Assembly (NCBI GenBank): GCA_002269645.1
Contig: NIVC01003585.1
Location: 1-64,000 of the forward strand
DNA: 64,000 bases
Direction of reading: 5' to 3'
DNA from: Macrostomum lignano
Taxonomy: Eukaryota
Part shown: one piece after another, positions 58,688 through 64,000 of the stretch
Layout: each line of letters starts with the position of its first letter
How positions within the stretch are numbered: the stretch's first letter is position 1
Position numbers and translations under genes: made by a program
The notes under the pieces: generated by a model
What the model was told of the DNA's origin: nothing
Seen by the model: the letters and a program-made list of their open reading frames with translations, nothing else
Database searches by the model: none

Positions 58688-58784
58688 TATTCCGAATTTT
58701 TCCAATGTGAGTTCGAGCCAAAATTGCTGAAATTCTGCTTGAGGGTCGCTTTTACGGCACCCAGCCTCCTCCTTGAAGCAATCA

Positions 58785-59735
58785 TCCTCCCTGCAGCACC
58801 CTCCTTCCTGCAGCATCGTCCTCCCTGCAGCACCCTCCTCCTTGCAGCACCCTCCTCCCTGCAGCAACCCCCACCCTGCAGCACCCTCCTTCCTGCAGCA
58901 CCCTCCTCCTTGCAGCACCCTCCTCCCTGCAGCAACCCCCACCCTGCAGCACCCTCCTTCCTGCAGCATCCTCCTCCCTGCAGCACTCTCCTCTCTGCAG
59001 CGGGTCCACCCCAACTGCCAGCCGAAAACTGCCAGCCGACAACTGCCAGCCGACAACTGCCAGCCGGAAAACTGCCAGCCGACAACTGCTAGCCGACAAG
59101 TTCTAGCTAATTGAATCTACTGTAGCCTACTTATTAGCTAAGTAAAAAGCACGAAACTGTTTGGCTAGCAAAAGGCTTGTGGGGTAGCCTTAAATGTCGC
59201 CCTTCCCTACCCTAATTTTTTCAGATTTCTATTAGAAGTATATATGTGAAAAATATGGAAATCTGAAAAAATTAGGGTAGGGAAGGGCGACATTTAAGGC
59301 TACCCCACAAGCCTTTTGCTAGCCAAACAGTTTCGTGCTTTTTACTTAGCTAATAAGTAGGCTACAGTAGATTCAATTAGCTAGAACTTGTCGGCTAGCA
59401 GTTGTCGGCTGGCAGTTTTCCGGCTGGCAGTTTTCTCGGCTGGCAATTGTCGACTGGCAGTTTTCCGGCTGGCAGTTTTCTCGGCTGGCAATTGTCGGCT
59501 GGCAGTTGTCGGATGGCGGTTGTCGGCTGGCAGTTGTCGGCTGGCAATTGTCGGCTGGCAGTTTTCCGGCTGGCAGTTGTCGGCTGGCAGTTTTCCGGCT
59601 GGCAGTTGGGGTGCTCCCCTCTGCAGCACCCTCCTCCCTGCAGCACCCTCCTCCCTGCAGCACCCTCCTCCTTGCAGCACCCTCCTCCCTGCAGCACCCT
59701 CCTCCCTGCAGCACCCTCCTCCCTGCAGCACCCTC
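58785..59735. repeat. 17-bp minisatellite cagcaccctcctccctg, interrupted by the foldback element
   Basis: Same-orientation copies at 58785-59001 and 59619-59735. Confidence 0.9.
59002..59618. mobile_element. Foldback (FB/Mutator-like) element, 617 bp, 9-bp TSD
   Basis: Arms 59002-59229 and 59258-59618 around a 28-bp spacer. 59088-59229 is an exact inverse of the right arm. The outer arm domains are tandem ctgccagccgacaa units in unequal numbers. GGG...CCC ends; direct repeat ctctgcagc at 58993-59001 and 59619-59627. Confidence 0.85.
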
Positions 59736-60624
59736 CCTGTTCGATCTAGCGTCATTTCTTCATTTAAGCAACAATTTTGGCTCCAATTCAACACAGAGCA
59801 GTGAATTCCATACTACGAGCCACATGAGTATCACCAAAAGTTTCCCATGTGCCCTCTTTTCCGCAGCAGGCATATTGTAAATATTCAGTTGACAGTCCTT
59901 CCTCAGAGCGATCGTCTCGTGTTCATCATTGCTTGAATATAAATTTCTGATTAAATACACATTTTCAAACAAGAGCAGAGTATTATTGAGCATTAATAAT
60001 TGTCCATTAATATATCAGGAACTTGTTGGTTAACAAATATAATGTTATATTTCAATTGGTGTGCTTTGTAAATATTTTGTGTAAATAATACAGTTTGCTC
60101 CACAAGTGACTACTCACATTCTACTAACAATAATTCAGATTTCTGCTATCTAACATCTATAACGAAGCATTTGATGAAAAGAAAAGCCAACAACAATGAC
60201 AACAAAAATCATTTTTCCGTTAAAAACCGTGAAGTACTACTGTCTACTCATGGCTACTCATTAAAATGAAAAGCAATTCAGTGCGCTTTCTTGAAAAAGT
60301 ACGAGCGTTGTTGGGGTTCGTTCCTCACTCTGGGGCCCGTCGTACGTCAAGAGTCTTCAGGCACTCGACGCCGGCAGTGCGTGATGTTGAAGCAACTCAG
60401 GGCAGACGCCAGGTGCCCCAGATTAGTATTTTTACCTGATTTCAGAATAATTTACCAGAAAAAATTAACGAACTCGGAAGTCACAAACGGAGTGCATCGG
60501 CAATAACAAAAATAACAAGAATAGTCTCGGTTGTGAAGTTTCTGAAATTTTGCATTTTGAAATTTTGAAACCCCTCAGTGACCAGGGTAACATTACTGAG
60601 CATGAGGTTCTATTGTTTCATCAC

Positions 60625-60930
60625 ATAATAATATAATAATCGATTACACCTGCCCCAATTGGGCAGATGTGCAACCGGCAGCTCAGCCGCAGCTATTGGG
60701 CAGCGCATCTGAAGGCTGCGTACGGCTGTTCAGTCCACGGACTGGGGGTCGCCACGCACACCCTCAATTGCACCAGCTAATGCTGGCACCCATTTTACAG
60801 CTGGGTGAACTGAAGCAATGCAGAGTTAAATGTCTTGCTCAAGGACACAAATTGTTCCAGTGGGATCGGTAATCGAACCTCCGACCTTTCAGTCGTGAGT
60901 TCGACGCTCTGACCACTGGGCTGCAACTCC
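60625..60930 (-). mobile_element. tRNA-derived SINE with CORE (MIR-like) domain
   Basis: The minus-strand head has an A box (cagcccagtgg, 60913-60923) and a B box (ggttcgattacc, 60868-60879). The body tgtgtccttgagcaagacatttaac...cttcagttcacccagctgtaaaatggg resembles the MIR CORE consensus as I recall it. The 3' hairpin ctgcccaattggggcag precedes an (ATT)n tail. Confidence 0.8.
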
Positions 60931-61015
60931 AGTGTCTCTCCAGTTTTTGCTAGGTAACATTCATCAAGGTGGCCAAAACATTCTCTGAGACAACCCCAAA
61001 GCCCAAAGCCTGCCT

Positions 61016-62554
61016 CTAGCCGCCTCTCTTGTTAACTCCAGGGTCCTGCGCCACGGTGGCGCCCTGACCGCAGGCTCGGCCGCAGGCTCGCCCCCCGAAC
61101 AGCAGGCGGTTGCAGGAGCGCCGGAAGTCGGCGGAGCGCCAATAGTAGATGAACAGATTGGCCGTGCAGTTGACCAGCTGCAGCACCCGGATGTAGGGCC
61201 CGATCCGGGAGCGCTGCGCCGGCGGCACGGGCACCAGGAAAACGAAGCCGATACGGGACGACACCTGGGTGGCGAACATGACGGCCACGGTGAAGAAGAT
61301 CGTGTAGGAGGCCTCGCGAAGCTCTCTGCGGTCAGTGCGGGTGACAGGTATATATTTGCAGCTTTTATGGGCTGAGAGTAGGGGGCAGAGCAGTACAGTG
61401 TGGTGAGCGTGTCTGACTCCACACCCCTCAGGACCAACCCCTAAAGCACAGAAAGTGTACATGCCTAACGATAAATAAAGTTAGGGCCGTTTTACACTCC
61501 TGTGTGAGTGTGTGCCTGTCTGTGCCTATGATTGCGTACGTACCCGCGCGCTTGTGTGCCTGCTCAGGGAATGGGCAGTAATGCCTCTCGCCGGTTGTGT
61601 AATAATGTCGCTTAAAGTTCACCAGGATGAACACAGGCCATGGCCTCTAAAAATATCCTGAGCTTCTGCTCAAAGGAGCGCCCCCCCCTCCAGAATGTAC
61701 TCGCCTATTGGTGGAGTCGGACGCCGCGTCGCTGGCAGCCGCGGTGCCAGAGAACGATTTTAGTCGGATGAACATCACGGCCAAGGACAGCATGCTGAGC
61801 ACCATGGAGGCCACGGTCAGGACCAGGGTTGAGGTGGTAGACCAGTTGTTGTAGTCCTTACCCTGCGTGCCCTGGTTGGTGCACAGCGGCACCAGAGCGT
61901 CGGGTCTGTAAGCGGGGCAAATGTGGAGCCGTGAATTCCTGGTGAAAAAGTTTATTCGTGTTTTTCTGGCAATTGAGGTTGGCAGCGGCTTCCAAGGCAA
62001 TAAAATGGGGGATTTCTTGACACACCTTGGCAGGGTGATGATGAGGAAGCTGGCGTCCAACAGGGCGACTCCCCAGCCGAGACAGCAGGCAGTCGGCAGG
62101 TACCAGCGGTTTCTGCGGCAGTAATGCAGCGGCAGCATCACGGCAAAGCAGCGATCGATGGAGATGAGCAGGGTGAAATAAACCGAGCTGATAATCGGAA
62201 GGACATGGAGAAGACGTCCTTGAGACAGTCGAGCGCGGTGGCGAAAGCTGGCATGTCGTTGTAGTGCCTGTAGATTCTCTGAGCGGTCACGATCAGGTAG
62301 GACAGTCCGGTGAGCAGGTCGGCCGTGGCCAGGTTTACAAAGAGCACAAAGTACTTCTTAGAACGGAGGCTGGGCGTGAACAGGATGGTGAAGAGAATAA
62401 TCGAATTGAATCCGACAGACATGAAGCCGAAGCTGCAGAGCAGGATGCTGGCGCCGTTCTGAGCAGCCAGCGTCGACTTGCTCAGGGCGATGATCGCCGA
62501 CATGTAGTCGACGGTAGTTGCGACGGAGCTGTTGGCGTCGGTCTCGTTGGACAT
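61016..62554 (-). CDS. Class A orphan GPCR, 3 coding exons, 1-nt frameshift in exon 1 (about 357 aa if repaired)
   Basis: Exons 62026-62554, 61705-61938 and 61016-61325 are phase-consistent only if exon 1 gains 1 nt near 62210. Motifs: N-terminal sequons NET/NSS, TM1 GFN, TM2 NLATADL, TM3 SIDRC, TM4 W, TM7 NCTANLFIY plus SADFR helix 8. A possible upstream exon ends at 63388 (intron 62563-63387). Confidence 0.8.
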
Positions 62555-62576
62555 CGCGCTGTCTGCGATTGTGCGA

Positions 62577-63020
62577 TGGGGATTCCAATATCGATGGGGA
62601 TTCCAATATCGATGGGGATTCTAATATCGATGGGGATTCCAATATCGATGGGATTCTAATATCGATGGGGATTCCAATATCGATGGGGATTCCAATATCG
62701 ATGGGATTCCAATATCGATGGGGATTCCAATATCGATGGGGATTCTAATATCGATGGGGATTCCAATATCGATGGGATTCCAATACCGATGGGGATTCTA
62801 ATATCGATGGGGATTCCAATATCGATGGGGATTCTAATATCGATGGGGATTCTAATATCGATGGGGATTCCAATATCGATGGGGATTCTAATATCGATGG
62901 GGATTCCAATATCGATGGGGATTCCAATATCGATGGGGATTCCAATATCGATAGGGATTCCAATATCGATGGGATTCCAATATCGATGGGATTCCAATAT
63001 CGATGGGGATTCCAATATGG
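62577..63020. repeat. 18/19-bp minisatellite ggg(g)attccaatatcgatg
   Basis: About 24 copies, starting just beyond the acceptor upstream of the GPCR ATG. Confidence 0.95.
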
Positions 63021-63056
63021 ATTGGCTTTGAGACGGTGCTTGGGTGCTCGGAAAGG

Positions 63057-63325
63057 GCAGGGGTTTATGGGGCAGGGTTTATGGGGGATGAGTTTATGGG
63101 GAGGGTTTATGGGGGATGGGTTTATGGGGGAGGGTTTATGGGGGAGGGGAGGGTTTATGGGGGAGGGTTTATGGGGGAGGGTTTTATGGGGGAGGGTTTA
63201 TGGGGGAGGGTTTATGGGGGAGGGTTTTATGGGGGAGGGTTTATGGGGCAGGGTTTGTGGGCAATGGTTTATGGGGCAGGCTTTATGGGGCAGGGTTAAT
63301 GGGCAAGGGTTTATGGGTGAGGGGT
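63057..63325. repeat. About 15-bp G-rich repeat gggtttatgggggag
   Basis: About 17 degenerate copies; dense G-runs. Confidence 0.9.
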
Positions 63326-64000
63326 TTATTGAGGCTCAAAAAATAGAAGCAACTCACTTGTCAGTTTCCAATTTCGCGTTCTGTTACCTACAGACACTCC
63401 GAGAGTGCTCGGAGACTGATCATCAGCCGCTGCTGCAGAGGCGAATTTATATCCAAGAGAGGCCGGACAAATTTCCGACTGATTGGGGTTGTGGGGAGCA
63501 GAGCCAGGGATTTGGGGTTGGGATCTTTTCCCCAGGCAACTGGGGCAACCTGTTTTTCTAGGCATTCCAGACTCATTCAGAGCGCGCCTTTTTCGAGATG
63601 AGATTTTAAAACCAGGAAAAAATTTTAATCAGGATAAAAAATGTAATTATCTTCTGGGAAATTGAGGGTGTTCCCTTATCAACTAATCCGATTTCGGCTG
63701 CGATTCGGGGAGGTAGGAGAGATGAATTTAAACACAGGGCGCGAGCTTGGAAGATTTTCGAACGGCTTGGCGTTGGGTAAGTGGCCCGCTCACGAGAACT
63801 GTGAAAAATTCTTGATCTCTTTCAGCATATTATATTCGAATATTAGCCTCCTCAAGGCATTGCCCATTAGCCTCCTCTAAGCTTCCCATTAGCATATTCT
63901 TAGCAGCATCATAGCTTCCTCTGAGCTTCCAATCAGCTTCAAATTAGTTCCGTATAGTTTAGTTTTATCATCCTTCTAGCATCTGCCACTGATTTCAGTA

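Noticed and set aside
62577-63020. NF-kB-like sites in GGGATTCC repeats (also 14.7 kb and gggaaattcc near 32480)
   Set aside because: The repeat units miss the 10-bp consensus, and motif similarity alone is not evidence of function.

Overview
Eukaryotic (metazoan) genomic DNA with GC-rich spliced exons and introns packed with tandem repeats. The style resembles a free-living flatworm such as Macrostomum; this is an inference. No rRNA, tRNA or CRISPR locus was seen. Genes reconstructed by hand with frame-consistent splice sites: (1) calcineurin A catalytic subunit on the minus strand (8 exons, 25171 to 4090; the 3' exons presumably lie left of the window), with a candidate 9-nt microexon; (2) a 2-exon CFAP68/C11orf1-like ciliary gene, head-to-head with calcineurin; (3) a single-exon class A GPCR (36225-37634); (4) a complete 10-exon, 663-aa divergent furin/kexin-family proprotein convertase (48891-58687); (5) a 3-exon class A GPCR on the minus strand with a 1-nt frameshift and a probable GC-AG intron; (6) a low-confidence orphan gene fragment. 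Mobile DNA: a full-length 5.4-kb LOA-like non-LTR retrotransposon (13-bp TSD, TAATG-coupled ORF1/ORF2, APE-RT-RNase H) in calcineurin intron 1; two hAT-type MITE families with 8-bp TSDs; two abutting TA-flanked MITEs; a tRNA-derived CORE-like SINE; and three foldback-type inverted tandem-repeat structures, one with a 9-bp TSD and 142-bp perfect arms. Nearly every long intron holds its own tandem array, and most monomers contain a short dyad. Most long ORFs in the supplied track are repeat or antisense artefacts.
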